The notes beneath the pieces were generated by a model. The model had not been told where the DNA came from. It saw only the letters and a list, made by a program, of their open reading frames with translations, and searched no databases. A stretch of DNA of 36,901 nucleotides from positions 1 through 36,901 of IMG/VR virus record IMGVR_UViG_3300033076_000336; one strand, given 5' to 3'. Shown here piece by piece: positions 1 to 9,271 of this stretch. Positions within the stretch are counted from its first letter, which is position 1. Every line of letters begins with the position of its first letter. This stretch comes from a virus (lineage: Duplodnaviria; Caudoviricetes). The translations under genes were made by a program, and so were the position numbers.

Positions 1-154
1 TGAGTATTACCATCTGGCAAGACAACACAAACCAGGCAAGAGGCCTGGCATCGGTAAATTAAGAAGTTTGGTCCAGGATTTATTGGTAGACCCGTTAGAA
101 AAAATAAGACCAAAAACAAAGAAACAAATATTATTGGAAAGGATGAAAGCATGA
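1..154 (+). CDS. 3' end of a truncated CDS, probably a primase (C-terminal region)
   Basis: Frame 2 is open from the window start to TGA 152-154 (EYYHLARQHKPGKRPGIGKLRSLV...ERMKA*) and overlaps the helicase ATG (ATGA). The primase call rests on position before the helicase and loose resemblance to PriCT domain ends. Confidence 0.45.
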   Translation, partial: EYYHLARQHKPGKRPGIGKLRSLVQDLLVDPLEKIRPKTKKQILLERMKA

Positions 155-1827
155 GAGAATTAACAGCAATAACTGCTGAAAAAACAGCAGTCAGTAAACA
201 ACTTGCTAAAGCGCAAGTTGAATTACAGGATGATCCTGAAAGTGAAAAAAGACAACAGGCAGTTGCAGAATTAGAACAGCGATTGGCTGCCTTAAAACAA
301 GAGTATGACACAAATAAATTAACCATCAAACAACGCAAGGCAGAAGCCGAGGCTGAAGCCGATGCAGAGTATCGCAGACAATTGGCTGCTACTACACAGG
401 CAAAGATAGAAGAATATGATGTTGTTCAGTGTGTGGCTACAAAAAATTACTTTGTTAAAATTGATGGCAAATATTACGACCGTGATTTAACACAAATTGA
501 CCGTGAGATTTTTAGATTTGTTAACAAAGCACATCAGAACGATTTTCACGCCTTGTTAGAACAAATGGGCAGAAACTACCTAAGTTACACCTACAGTTTT
601 ACCAATGATAATCCTAAGATTTTTAACTTAGCTGAGGGTGTTAGAGAGCGTTGGTTAACACCAATACCTTATACTGGTGAAGTCGCAGACTATCAGTGTC
701 CCACGGGCATTGATATCTTGTTTACCAGTTTAAGTGCTGGTGATCCTGAAATTCGTAATCACCTAGAAGAAGTGGTTATCAGGAAGTATCGCAATCCTGG
801 CGATTACAAAATCCCTAATTTGTTCCTGTTTGGTGAAGGGGCTGTGGGTAAAAACGAATTTGTTACGGAATTTTTAGGCAAAATATTTGTAGACAGTTGC
901 ACAGTTACTAACTTTAAAACTCTTACAGAAAATGCTTGGAGTCTAGTAGGCAAGTGTTGCGTATTAGTTGACGAAACTATCAGTAGTAAAACAGACTATG
1001 ACAAGTTCAAAAGCATTGCTGGTAACCGTGAGTTCTTGGTCAAGAAACTATACAGCGATGTAGTCAGTATCCCTAACATCATGCATCTGGTGGTCAGCGG
1101 ACAGGGACATGATGGACCGTTAAGCATCAGCGATGACGCTACTACCCGCAGATTCAGTGCTGTTTACTATACTCGTCACATTTTTAACTGGTTTGCAGAT
1201 TACTTAAACTGGGGTGATTTTGACAAGGCTAAAGATGAGGCTGCATTCAAAGAAAGTTGGGAAAAAATTAAGCAGGAAGATTTTACCCCAGAAAAAATTG
1301 CTGGCTGGTTAGGCTGGGTTGCGGCAAAGTTTCCAGAAGATAAGCCTGTTCAAGCCTACCATGGTAGTGCTTATCAGCGCATGGTTGAAGCTCATAAGAG
1401 TCCGCATGAAACCATATTGAACCGAGTTGTTGTAGCAGATTATGCGCAAAAACCCCGTGCGTTTGCCATGGATGAACTGTTCATTCTCTACAAAGAGTAT
1501 GCCAGGATTTACTTCCCTGGTAGAACGATCTTGGGTAGAAACAAGTTTAATGCCGCAGTCAGTGGTTTAACAGACAGTGGTAAGGTTCCTGGCTGGGAAT
1601 TTCGTGATCGCCAGCGTTGGACCAAGGCAGGCAGTCGGGGCGATATGCCTATGTTAGTGCCTGTTGGAACTCAAGGTAGCATAGAACGAAACTACGATCC
1701 AGAATTATACATGGAAATGGATAATGGGCGTTGTGTGTCTTTTCGTGAATGGAACCAAGATCAGGCAGGTGGACCTGGACCCAACCAAACGGTGTCTAAC
1801 AAGATTTTCACGCTCAAAGGGCGTTAA
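151..1827 (+). CDS. SF3/D5-like (DUF5906-type) replicative helicase/NTPase with N-terminal coiled coil
   Basis: Walker A LFGEGAVGKN, Walker B VLVDE, and downstream FKSIAG...VKKLY and RRF motifs typical of primase-associated SF3 helicases. SD-like GGAAAGGA upstream. Confidence 0.85.
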   Translation: MRELTAITAEKTAVSKQLAKAQVELQDDPESEKRQQAVAELEQRLAALKQEYDTNKLTIKQRKAEAEAEADAEYRRQLAATTQAKIEEYDVVQCVATKNYFVKIDGKYYDRDLTQIDREIFRFVNKAHQNDFHALLEQMGRNYLSYTYSFTNDNPKIFNLAEGVRERWLTPIPYTGEVADYQCPTGIDILFTSLSAGDPEIRNHLEEVVIRKYRNPGDYKIPNLFLFGEGAVGKNEFVTEFLGKIFVDSCTVTNFKTLTENAWSLVGKCCVLVDETISSKTDYDKFKSIAGNREFLVKKLYSDVVSIPNIMHLVVSGQGHDGPLSISDDATTRRFSAVYYTRHIFNWFADYLNWGDFDKAKDEAAFKESWEKIKQEDFTPEKIAGWLGWVAAKFPEDKPVQAYHGSAYQRMVEAHKSPHETILNRVVVADYAQKPRAFAMDELFILYKEYARIYFPGRTILGRNKFNAAVSGLTDSGKVPGWEFRDRQRWTKAGSRGDMPMLVPVGTQGSIERNYDPELYMEMDNGRCVSFREWNQDQAGGPGPNQTVSNKIFTLKGR

Positions 1828-2090
1828 AGCCAAAAAACACACACAAAAGACACACATTTGTGTGTCTTTTTTTTGGTTTTGTGTTTCTTTTTTTTAAAAA
1901 GACACACAGCAAAATCGCCATCCTAGATACCTAGGATGCAGGTTTTATATACTTTGTGTTTCTTTTGTGTCTTTTTTTTATAAAAGTTTTATATACATAT
2001 ATCATATACTCTAAAAAAAATGTATATGTGGTGTTTTTATAAAAAAGTCTTGGAGTTAAAAAGAAACACAAGAAACACACACAACTTTTT
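1828..2090. repeat. Putative replication origin: iterated AAAAGACACAC/AAGAAACAC motifs in both orientations, palindromes and an AT-rich tract
   Basis: Perfect inverted repeat AAAAGACACACA-TT-TGTGTGTCTTTT (1845-1870), hairpin CATCCTAG-ATAC-CTAGGATG (1919-1938), further motif copies to ~2082, and an AT-rich stretch ~1970-2046. Lies directly after the helicase gene. Confidence 0.7.
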
Positions 2091-2104
2091 GGTAATCTTG
2101 TCAG

Positions 2105-2133
2105 TTGCAGATAATTAAAACAGAACATATAAT
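2105..2133 (+). promoter_or_regulatory. Sigma70-type promoter
   Basis: TTGCAG (2105-2110), 17 bp spacer, TATAAT (2128-2133), then SD AAGGA and ATG 2151. Confidence 0.7.
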
Positions 2134-2150
2134 AAAGCAAAGGAAACAAA

Positions 2151-2600
2151 ATGGCAAACTTATGGAATAATCCAGGTGTCCCACATACTGGTTGGCTGAT
2201 AGCAGGTAACGCAGTTGATGGCGGTAGTCCGATACACCGATGTGAAATGTGTAATAAACCAGACATTAGATATTTGCATCCAGTTACACATCCAGACTAC
2301 GGAGATTTAACTGTAGGCAGTGAATGTGCTGAAAAAATGACTGCTGACGCTAGAGCAAAATATGAACGCCAAAACTTAGAAAAAACAAAAAATAAACTCA
2401 AACACTTTAGTGATAAAGGTTGGAAAAAAATAGCCAACGATTTATGGAGGAGAGATTACCACGGTTACACGGTATCCATCATATATGTAAATGGCTTTTA
2501 TCGTTATAGTATTTTTAGTAATCTTCGCCCCTGGCATTTTAAAACTATGGACCAAGCAAAACAAGCCAGTTTTGAGTATATCACAAAACGGCTATCTTGA
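2151..2600 (+). CDS. Hypothetical protein with probable Zn-binding motif
   Basis: CEMC...H...VGSEC pattern, with its own promoter and SD. Confidence 0.7.
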   Translation: MANLWNNPGVPHTGWLIAGNAVDGGSPIHRCEMCNKPDIRYLHPVTHPDYGDLTVGSECAEKMTADARAKYERQNLEKTKNKLKHFSDKGWKKIANDLWRRDYHGYTVSIIYVNGFYRYSIFSNLRPWHFKTMDQAKQASFEYITKRLS

Positions 2601-2645
2601 TGCTGTGATTTACCTATAAAGCGTGCATATAACCGAATCTAGGAC

Positions 2646-2651
2646 TAAATA
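2646..2651 (+). promoter_or_regulatory. TAAATA late-type promoter motif
   Basis: CTAAATAC in an intergenic gap; ATG 2679 is 28 nt after the motif end. Confidence 0.55.
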
Positions 2652-2678
2652 CTCAGCAAGAACAAAAAGGAGCATAGC

Positions 2679-2756
2679 ATGGTAGATTTAAGAGAAAACA
2701 ATTACAGAGACTACGAACAAGTTTATGAATGGCTAACAGAAGGAGAAGCAAGATGA
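2679..2756 (+). CDS. Small 25-aa ORF (MVDLRENNYRDYEQVYEWLTEGEAR), not in the ORF track
   Basis: SD AAGGAG upstream; stop overlaps the next start (ATGA 2753-2756). Confidence 0.55.
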   Translation: MVDLRENNYRDYEQVYEWLTEGEAR

Positions 2757-3082
2757 CAGAAGATTTAGGCATAGACATACCCAACACATTTCAATTCATG
2801 GGACAGACCTGGCAGATCAAACCAGGCACAACCAGAGACTTGGGACAAGACCTGGGCATATGCAACCGTGATGAAATGACCATTTACATCAACCCAGCAT
2901 ATCCTACACAAACTATCGTTCAAACCCTGTTTCACGAGATTGTGCATAGTTGGGAAATTACCCTGAACATGCACCTAACCGAAGATCAGGTAGACAACCT
3001 AGCAACCAGTATGATCCACTGGTTTAAGAGTAATCCAGAGTTTATCCCTGTGTTGATACAAGACGAGGACATTGAAGAATGA
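2753..3082 (+). CDS. HExxH zinc metallopeptidase-like protein (ImmA/IrrE/SprT-like fold)
   Basis: TIYIN...QTLFHEIVHS and downstream EDQVD. Start moved to 2753 (SD AGGAG 2741-2745). Confidence 0.7.
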   Translation: MTEDLGIDIPNTFQFMGQTWQIKPGTTRDLGQDLGICNRDEMTIYINPAYPTQTIVQTLFHEIVHSWEITLNMHLTEDQVDNLATSMIHWFKSNPEFIPVLIQDEDIEE

Positions 3083-3279
3083 TAGAACGCAGAATCAGTG
3101 AACATCGCTGGAATGACTTAGACGAAGATGAACAGCACCAGATCAAACGAATAGTTAGACGATACGCCAGCGATTTTGGTTTTGATTTTGAGTTTCAATA
3201 TTACTGGATGCGATTTACACCAGAAAACTGGTTACTAGCAAACCTAGCAGATACTAAAATAGAAAGGCAAATAACATAA
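3079..3279 (+). CDS. Hypothetical protein
   Basis: 66-aa ORF with SD GAGGA, overlapping neighbours at both ends. Confidence 0.7.
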   Translation: MIERRISEHRWNDLDEDEQHQIKRIVRRYASDFGFDFEFQYYWMRFTPENWLLANLADTKIERQIT

Positions 3280-3587
3280 TGGCAAGACCAGGACCAGAAA
3301 TAATACTAACCAAAGATACAGAAGATGGTGGTAGCCTAGAAGTGCTACACAGTCAAGGAGTTTGGGTATTGGCTTACAAAGGCATACCCTGTGCCCTAAA
3401 AGAACGCTACTATGCGGCAGATGGTGAGCACATCAAATATCCCAGAACAGGCTACAATAACGAAGCACATTGCGTTAGATTGGCTGAAAAGTTAAACAAG
3501 CAATTCAATACCAACAAGTTTACCTGCATGGAAGTGGTAAGATACACGGGTGAAAAGACCCTAATTAGACGCTTGACAAGTGAATAA
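3279..3587 (+). CDS. Hypothetical phage protein (MARPGP...LAEKLNKQF)
   Basis: TAATG coupling. From memory it resembles an uncharacterised family of large uncultured aquatic phages (MSRPKP...LAKKLN..F); not verified by search. Confidence 0.7.
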   Translation: MARPGPEIILTKDTEDGGSLEVLHSQGVWVLAYKGIPCALKERYYAADGEHIKYPRTGYNNEAHCVRLAEKLNKQFNTNKFTCMEVVRYTGEKTLIRRLTSE

Positions 3588-3601
3588 AGCGTATATATAA
3601 T
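3573..3601 (+). promoter_or_regulatory. Perfect consensus sigma70 promoter
   Basis: TTGACA (3573-3578), 17 bp spacer, TATAAT (3596-3601), upstream of ORF 3637. Confidence 0.88.
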
Positions 3602-3636
3602 ACACACATAAACAATCAATTTAGGACATTAACAAC

Positions 3637-3972
3637 ATGAAGATCACCCAAGATATATTTTACAAAACTCTTAAGACTGGCAGCACACCATGGAGTGTAG
3701 ATGATATCTACAATGAAATCAATACTCTGCTTGAAAATAAAAACTACCGTTGGACTAATCATTACTTCCAACGAGATCACGATGAGAAGTATTGGTTCAT
3801 CTACGATAACGAATGCTACTTGTTTGTGTTTGATGACAAGATCATAGTTCGCTGTGATCGTGATAATGTTAACAGTAGTGGCATGACGCACACTATTACC
3901 ATAAAGAAGCGTAGTGACATTGAGCGTGCCTACGATGAATTTAGAATGATGACAATGGAAGATGAGGAATAA
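3637..3972 (+). CDS. Hypothetical early protein
   Basis: 111-aa ORF, SD AGGA, first gene after the consensus sigma70 promoter. Confidence 0.75.
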   Translation: MKITQDIFYKTLKTGSTPWSVDDIYNEINTLLENKNYRWTNHYFQRDHDEKYWFIYDNECYLFVFDDKIIVRCDRDNVNSSGMTHTITIKKRSDIERAYDEFRMMTMEDEE

Positions 3973-3973
3973 T

Positions 3974-4165
3974 ATGAAAAAGACTATGGGTAAGTTTGAG
4001 ATCAAGGCTCGCAGACAAGAATACATGACAGCATTGGGTATTTTGGCTTCAATCAAGGAACACCTAGAAGCAGAAGAACCAAGTAGAGCATTAGCCTACA
4101 TTGAAATCTGGGACAAACAGTATACAGATTGGTTAGAAGAATTAGACCTTCAGGAGAAAAGATAA
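3974..4165 (+). CDS. Hypothetical protein
   Basis: Start moved to ATG 3974 (SD GAGGA 3964-3968). Confidence 0.65.
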   Translation: MKKTMGKFEIKARRQEYMTALGILASIKEHLEAEEPSRALAYIEIWDKQYTDWLEELDLQEKR

Positions 4166-4389
4166 TGCAGAAATATGTTACACCACATCCAGGCAGAACA
4201 CCAGGTGCAAATGTTATTGACACACTAAACTACAAGGTCAATGTTAAGTTAACTGAACTCAGGAATGAGAACTGGCAACTAGAGTTTGAAACATGGATAC
4301 CTGAGCATGGTTGGACCAGACGAGAATTGTTCCTGACCATGGAAGAACTTGAGAGATTTCAACAGGCTGTTAGCATAAAAAAACCATAA
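4165..4389 (+). CDS. Hypothetical protein
   Basis: Start moved to 4165 (TAATG overlap, SD AGGAG). Confidence 0.65.
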   Translation: MQKYVTPHPGRTPGANVIDTLNYKVNVKLTELRNENWQLEFETWIPEHGWTRRELFLTMEELERFQQAVSIKKP

Positions 4390-4392
4390 ATA
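4387..4392 (+). promoter_or_regulatory. TAAATA late-type promoter motif
   Basis: CATAAATATT overlapping the upstream stop; nozzle ATG is 24 nt after the motif end. Confidence 0.55.
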
Positions 4393-4415
4393 TTAGATTA
4401 TAATGGAAACCCAAT

Positions 4416-6335
4416 ATGCCACAAATTAAGAAAAGTTATGATGAAGTCGCTGTGCCATTTACCAAGATGACTTTCACTCCAGATGTTCCCAGTTCAGCAC
4501 TGGGAGCCAACGAATACAATGCAGGTGAGAATGTAGAAACCGATGTCAGAGGTATTCGTAGTGTTCTTGGAGAAACCGAAATTCTGCAAACTGTTCCTGG
4601 AGAACCTGTGTTTGTCACTGGTGGTTTTAGACAGGGTGGAGACTTTTACTTTATTGTGGCTAACACCTTGGGTGCATGGTATATGAACAAGGGAGATGGT
4701 TGGACCCTAATCACTCCACCAAGTCCTTATATCAACACAGGTTACACTCAAGACCTAGACATTACTGAATCATGGAACGGAACCGTGGTGATCTTTAATG
4801 ATGGTATCAATCCACCGTTCTTCTTACCTGATGAAGCAAACACAAAACTGGTCAACTATAAAAACAATATCACTGCTAACCAGATTACCACTATCGGAGC
4901 ACTGGCTGGTGGACAAAGAACCATCACGGTAGCCACAGCCTATGCTACTGCACCATTTGTTGCTGGTGATAGAATCTCAATTACCATGACTGCTGGTTCA
5001 ACGACATTCACTGGAATTTACCGTGTGGTCAGTTCAACAACCACAACCATTACCTACGAAACAACCAACGCTACAGCATGGGGTGTAACTGAAGCAGGCA
5101 CGGTAACCGCAGCCTACATATGGAATTATAATCCAGACTGGAAATCATTGACAGCAGGATTTGTCAGGATTTATTCTACACCTAATGTGGGTAACATCTT
5201 GGTAGCAGGTAATCTTACTGTAACAGATCAAAATAATGTAGTGAGTAATTATCCAATCACTGTGCAATGGTCACAAGCGTTTGGACTTAACGCCGCACCA
5301 AGAACATGGGAACCAACATTACTGAATGTGGCTAACCAAGTTGAAGTTCCGCTACGAGGCAAAGCACTGGACGCTTTCCCTAGCAATGGTCAGTTATACA
5401 TTTCAAGTTACTGGGACACCGCAGTTCTTACACCTATGAACTATGCAACAACATCAGCACCTATCCTGGGTATTAGACTGTTTAACCAGGGCAGAGGATT
5501 GTTAAACGCAAACTGCTGGGCAAATACTGATGACATGGTGTATGGTATTGATGCCCGTGACATTTGGGTATTCAACGGACAGACATTTCAGGGTATTGGT
5601 AACCAGCGTGTCAAGCACTACTTCTTTGACCAACTTGATCCACAATATGTAGACCGTGTTTATGTAGACTGCAACACAGAAAAGAATCAGGTAGAAATAT
5701 ATTATCCAGATAAGACAGCATACTTGCAGGGCGGACACCCAAACAAGATGTTGAGTTATCGTTATGACCTAGACTGTTGGAATGCTCCCAGAGATGTTAG
5801 CAAGGCTAGTTTTGCCTGCGAAAGCCCTGTGTGGAATCCTGATGATAACACTTACAACCGAGCATCACGAACAGTGGTTTACTGTAAAGGTGCAGAAGGT
5901 TTCAAACTGATCCAGAAAGATTATGGATACTTGTTCGTTGACGGTCAAGCAATCAACAGCACATTCCGCAGAGACAATATCAAACTGTTAAAAGATTACA
6001 GCAGTAAAACCATGGTTCATCGTATTTTACCTGAAGTGGTAAACTTGAACAACAATAATGTGGAGATTGATCCTACACTAAACCCAGAACTTATTGGCAA
6101 CATTGAAGTCACTGTAGAAGGTGCAAACTCAGTGGGTCAACAACCACAACAGGTAACTGGTAAAGTTATATCAACTGATACAGATTATCCATGGGTGCAG
6201 ATTGACCAGAATGCTCATCGTGTTAACAGCATTGAGATCAAGAATCCTATTGATCCTGCATTTGAAACTCCAGGCACAATCTGGATGGTTAATAGTGTGA
6301 CCTGGCAGTTTACAGAAACCGAGGACGACAGATAA
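4416..6335 (+). CDS. Tail nozzle / tail tubular protein (P22 gp10 / T7 gp12-like)
   Basis: 639 aa and beta-rich. N-terminal DVPSSALGANEYNAGENV, internal VQWS, and late EIYYP...YRYDLDCW segments fit podovirus nozzle propellers. Precedes the ejection protein genes. Confidence 0.72.
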   Translation: MPQIKKSYDEVAVPFTKMTFTPDVPSSALGANEYNAGENVETDVRGIRSVLGETEILQTVPGEPVFVTGGFRQGGDFYFIVANTLGAWYMNKGDGWTLITPPSPYINTGYTQDLDITESWNGTVVIFNDGINPPFFLPDEANTKLVNYKNNITANQITTIGALAGGQRTITVATAYATAPFVAGDRISITMTAGSTTFTGIYRVVSSTTTTITYETTNATAWGVTEAGTVTAAYIWNYNPDWKSLTAGFVRIYSTPNVGNILVAGNLTVTDQNNVVSNYPITVQWSQAFGLNAAPRTWEPTLLNVANQVEVPLRGKALDAFPSNGQLYISSYWDTAVLTPMNYATTSAPILGIRLFNQGRGLLNANCWANTDDMVYGIDARDIWVFNGQTFQGIGNQRVKHYFFDQLDPQYVDRVYVDCNTEKNQVEIYYPDKTAYLQGGHPNKMLSYRYDLDCWNAPRDVSKASFACESPVWNPDDNTYNRASRTVVYCKGAEGFKLIQKDYGYLFVDGQAINSTFRRDNIKLLKDYSSKTMVHRILPEVVNLNNNNVEIDPTLNPELIGNIEVTVEGANSVGQQPQQVTGKVISTDTDYPWVQIDQNAHRVNSIEIKNPIDPAFETPGTIWMVNSVTWQFTETEDDR

Positions 6336-6336
6336 G

Positions 6337-6504
6337 ATGCAAACTACAATATATATTAAAGAAGATGATGATGGTAATGAAGAAATTAAACATATTCACG
6401 ATCATCCTGAATTTGACAATAGTAAAGATGTGGACATTTTAGAAAAGATGGGACAGATTAGATTAATGCGATTTTTGCGTGAATCACAAAAGGATAAACA
6501 ATAA
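6337..6504 (+). CDS. Small 55-aa acidic ORF (MQTTIYIKEDDDGNEE...), not in the ORF track
   Basis: Fills the gap between two tail genes exactly; stop overlaps the next ATG (TAATG). Confidence 0.6.
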   Translation: MQTTIYIKEDDDGNEEIKHIHDHPEFDNSKDVDILEKMGQIRLMRFLRESQKDKQ

Positions 6505-7433
6505 TGGCACAGTATCCAGTCAGTGACCAACAAGGTTTAATTGATGGTCTTAATTATGTTTTATCTGGACCAGGCAGTCTAGGACAAAGTTTTCAAGGTT
6601 ACAGCAGTAATAATACCAGTGCCCTAACTGGTGATATCTTTGATCCTAACACTGGACAGGTTGCCAGCGGATTACCTATTACAACAGGTTATCTTCAATA
6701 TTATCTAACAGACTGTCAGGTAAGAAACAGCGTCAGTGGAGGCACTGATAAAGTTGTGGTCAGCGGTCAAGTCAACATAGACTTTGATTATGAAAGTTTA
6801 GCGGATAGTGGTTGCCAATACACCGTGGCAATTAATCGTTATCGTGCATACCCTAACACATCTACAAACTATTATGACTATTTGTGGTTTGAACAAACTA
6901 CCGTAGCCAGCCATACCTATAGTTTTGATTTGCCAACTACAACGCAAGGCTTGATGACGGTGACAGCAAGTGGAACTAAAATAGGTTACACACAACCATC
7001 TACAGGCAGTTTAGTATATCCTGTGGATTATATCCAACCAGGAGTTAATGCATTTACTGGTAGTGGCAGTGACGCAGTAATCCAAATTCAGATAGCATAT
7101 GGCGTAGCAGGCACTTACAATAATCTCAACACCAAGATCACAGTAATTTCCGCAGGCAGTGATTGGAGCATTGGAGATACCATTAAGATACCTGGAGCAG
7201 ACCTAGGTGGCATTACTGGTGTCAATGATTTAATCTTGACAGTTACAGGATTAACAGGTGCTACACCTACGATTACACAAGAAACGATATTCACAAACAT
7301 TATTGATACGCCACCGTTAGGCTATTATCTGTATGTGATTGAATTACAATGGTATGCCCTAACAGGTATGTTTACCATAGGCTCAACCAACATGAATGTG
7401 CGAAGCATTAGTGCTCAGGTTGTCAAGCAATAA
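6504..7433 (+). CDS. Putative virion/tail-associated protein
   Basis: 309 aa, Thr/Gly/Ser-rich beta character (AGSDWSIGDTIKIPGADLGG), SD AAGGA, located in the tail module. Confidence 0.6.
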   Translation: MAQYPVSDQQGLIDGLNYVLSGPGSLGQSFQGYSSNNTSALTGDIFDPNTGQVASGLPITTGYLQYYLTDCQVRNSVSGGTDKVVVSGQVNIDFDYESLADSGCQYTVAINRYRAYPNTSTNYYDYLWFEQTTVASHTYSFDLPTTTQGLMTVTASGTKIGYTQPSTGSLVYPVDYIQPGVNAFTGSGSDAVIQIQIAYGVAGTYNNLNTKITVISAGSDWSIGDTIKIPGADLGGITGVNDLILTVTGLTGATPTITQETIFTNIIDTPPLGYYLYVIELQWYALTGMFTIGSTNMNVRSISAQVVKQ

Positions 7434-7435
7434 AC

Positions 7436-7443
7436 TATAAATA
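7436..7443 (+). promoter_or_regulatory. Full T4-type late promoter consensus TATAAATA
   Basis: Exact TATAAATA in an intergenic gap; ATG 7468 is 25 nt after the motif end. Confidence 0.65.
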
Positions 7444-7467
7444 TAGATATTATTAAGGAACAAGAAC

Positions 7468-9261
7468 ATGGGTTTTATCGCAGACGCCATTGAAGATATT
7501 GGAGATTTTATCGGTGATACCGTAGAAGCAATCGTTGACAATCCTATCGGAGCACTGGTCAGCGTAGGCGGTATGGCACTGGGTATTCCTCCAGTTTATG
7601 CAGGTGCCCTAGGTGGTGCCGCAAATGCCGCAGCCCACGATGGTAACATACTAGAAGGAGCACTTTTGGGTGGTGCTATGGGTTATGCAGGTGGTGCCGC
7701 AGGATCAGCCGCAGCCGAAGCAGGAGCAGGATCAGTATTATCAGGAGCCGCAGGTGGTGCAGCCGCAGGCGCATTAGGAGCAGCCGCAACTGGTGGTGAC
7801 ATTATTCAGGGTGCATTAACAGGTGGTTTTGCTGGTGGAGCAACTGGTTTTGTCGCTGGTCAAGTTATGAACCAAGATGGAACTTATACTAGAACCAATG
7901 ATGATGGCAGCGTGGTAAGATTTACTGGAAACGGTGATATCCTACAAGTTAGCCCTGCTACAGATGGAACACTGGCTCCAGTTTACGATTACAATCCTGC
8001 AACACAACAATTAGAATTAGTCAGCGGTAATGGCACACAAGCCTTAAACATTTTAGATCAACAACAAACTGCTGATTTAATGAAAAACATTGATCCACGC
8101 ATGATTAACAGTCTTGCTGATACAGGTGCAGGTGAACAACCATTCCGTGTTGAAGTTGGTGGATTACCAGGAACAGCAGAGAATCCAGGTTATGCAAACA
8201 TTGAAGCCAGAACACCAGGAACAAACCTAGCAACATTTGACCAGATTGATGCTGGTCTAGCACAATGGAATCCTGCGGCTAACGCTTGGGAAGTTGGTGA
8301 TTTCTCTACATTCAATCCTACGGAAAATAACTTTGGTGCATTTGGTGAACAACCTACTGGTGGCACTGGTCCAGTATTGCCAGGAGAAATTGTCACACAA
8401 CCATATAACGGCAGTGACACTTACACATTTGATGATGGTAGCACAATTAGTATTGGCAGAGATGGTCATGCCACAAGCACAGATGCTATGGGTAATATTC
8501 GTGACTTTGGTGGTGGAACAGCCTATGCCAGCGAAGGTGGTGCAACAACCTACAGATTTGATGATGGAAGTTGGATGACAATTAATCCTGATGGTTCAAG
8601 CATTGTTGCTGACAGTAGCGGTAATGTAACAACACATGGTAGCGGAACTTATACTGGTGCAGGAAATAATGGTGGCACTACAGATTTAGGTAATCTTGAT
8701 ATTGTTGCTGATAGACCAACTACAGGCACACCAAACCTAACTGATGTTACTGTAACTCCTATAGATACTACACCTGTTGATACTACCACACCTACTGACG
8801 GAACAATCCCTTACAATCCTGTTGTTACTCCAACACCAGTTACTCCAGTATTCCCAGTGATTGTTGATCCTAATAATCCTACAACACCTACAGATGGTGG
8901 TGGAACACCAACAACAGTAAATCCTGCAACCATCGCTAAAGTCAATCCAATGTCAGGATTAAATCCAGGCTGGATTGAGCCTACACCATTTTACAATACA
9001 ACAAGTCCTGCACAATCACAATATTATTGGGGTGCTCATCCGTTCCAAGCAGGACCACAGTTTAATGCAAAACTATATAACCAAAGTAGTGCAGCCCCTG
9101 CGACACCATGGGGTATACAAAACATTGCTCAACCACTAACTCCGCAAGAAGTCCAAAGAGCATACCAAGGTCAACCTATTGTTAGACCACCGTTACCAGT
9201 TGCAACACGCTATGAAGCACCGTTAGCACAAACAGTAGCAGGTCCAGTGGTGCCAGCCTAA
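7468..9261 (+). CDS. Probable ejection / internal virion protein
   Basis: N-terminal Gly/Ala-rich hydrophobic glycine-zipper region, DDGS repeats, Pro/Thr-rich linker; located after the nozzle. Confidence 0.6.
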   Translation: MGFIADAIEDIGDFIGDTVEAIVDNPIGALVSVGGMALGIPPVYAGALGGAANAAAHDGNILEGALLGGAMGYAGGAAGSAAAEAGAGSVLSGAAGGAAAGALGAAATGGDIIQGALTGGFAGGATGFVAGQVMNQDGTYTRTNDDGSVVRFTGNGDILQVSPATDGTLAPVYDYNPATQQLELVSGNGTQALNILDQQQTADLMKNIDPRMINSLADTGAGEQPFRVEVGGLPGTAENPGYANIEARTPGTNLATFDQIDAGLAQWNPAANAWEVGDFSTFNPTENNFGAFGEQPTGGTGPVLPGEIVTQPYNGSDTYTFDDGSTISIGRDGHATSTDAMGNIRDFGGGTAYASEGGATTYRFDDGSWMTINPDGSSIVADSSGNVTTHGSGTYTGAGNNGGTTDLGNLDIVADRPTTGTPNLTDVTVTPIDTTPVDTTTPTDGTIPYNPVVTPTPVTPVFPVIVDPNNPTTPTDGGGTPTTVNPATIAKVNPMSGLNPGWIEPTPFYNTTSPAQSQYYWGAHPFQAGPQFNAKLYNQSSAAPATPWGIQNIAQPLTPQEVQRAYQGQPIVRPPLPVATRYEAPLAQTVAGPVVPA

Positions 9262-9271
9262 TTTGCTAGGC

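Noticed and set aside
1828-2090. CRISPR array or microsatellite
   Set aside because: Repeats are short, irregularly spaced and in both orientations, with no repeat-spacer periodicity and no cas genes.
1931-2266. 111-aa minus-strand ORF over the repeat region
   Set aside because: It is antisense to ORF 2151 and runs through low-complexity origin-like repeats; it appears spurious.
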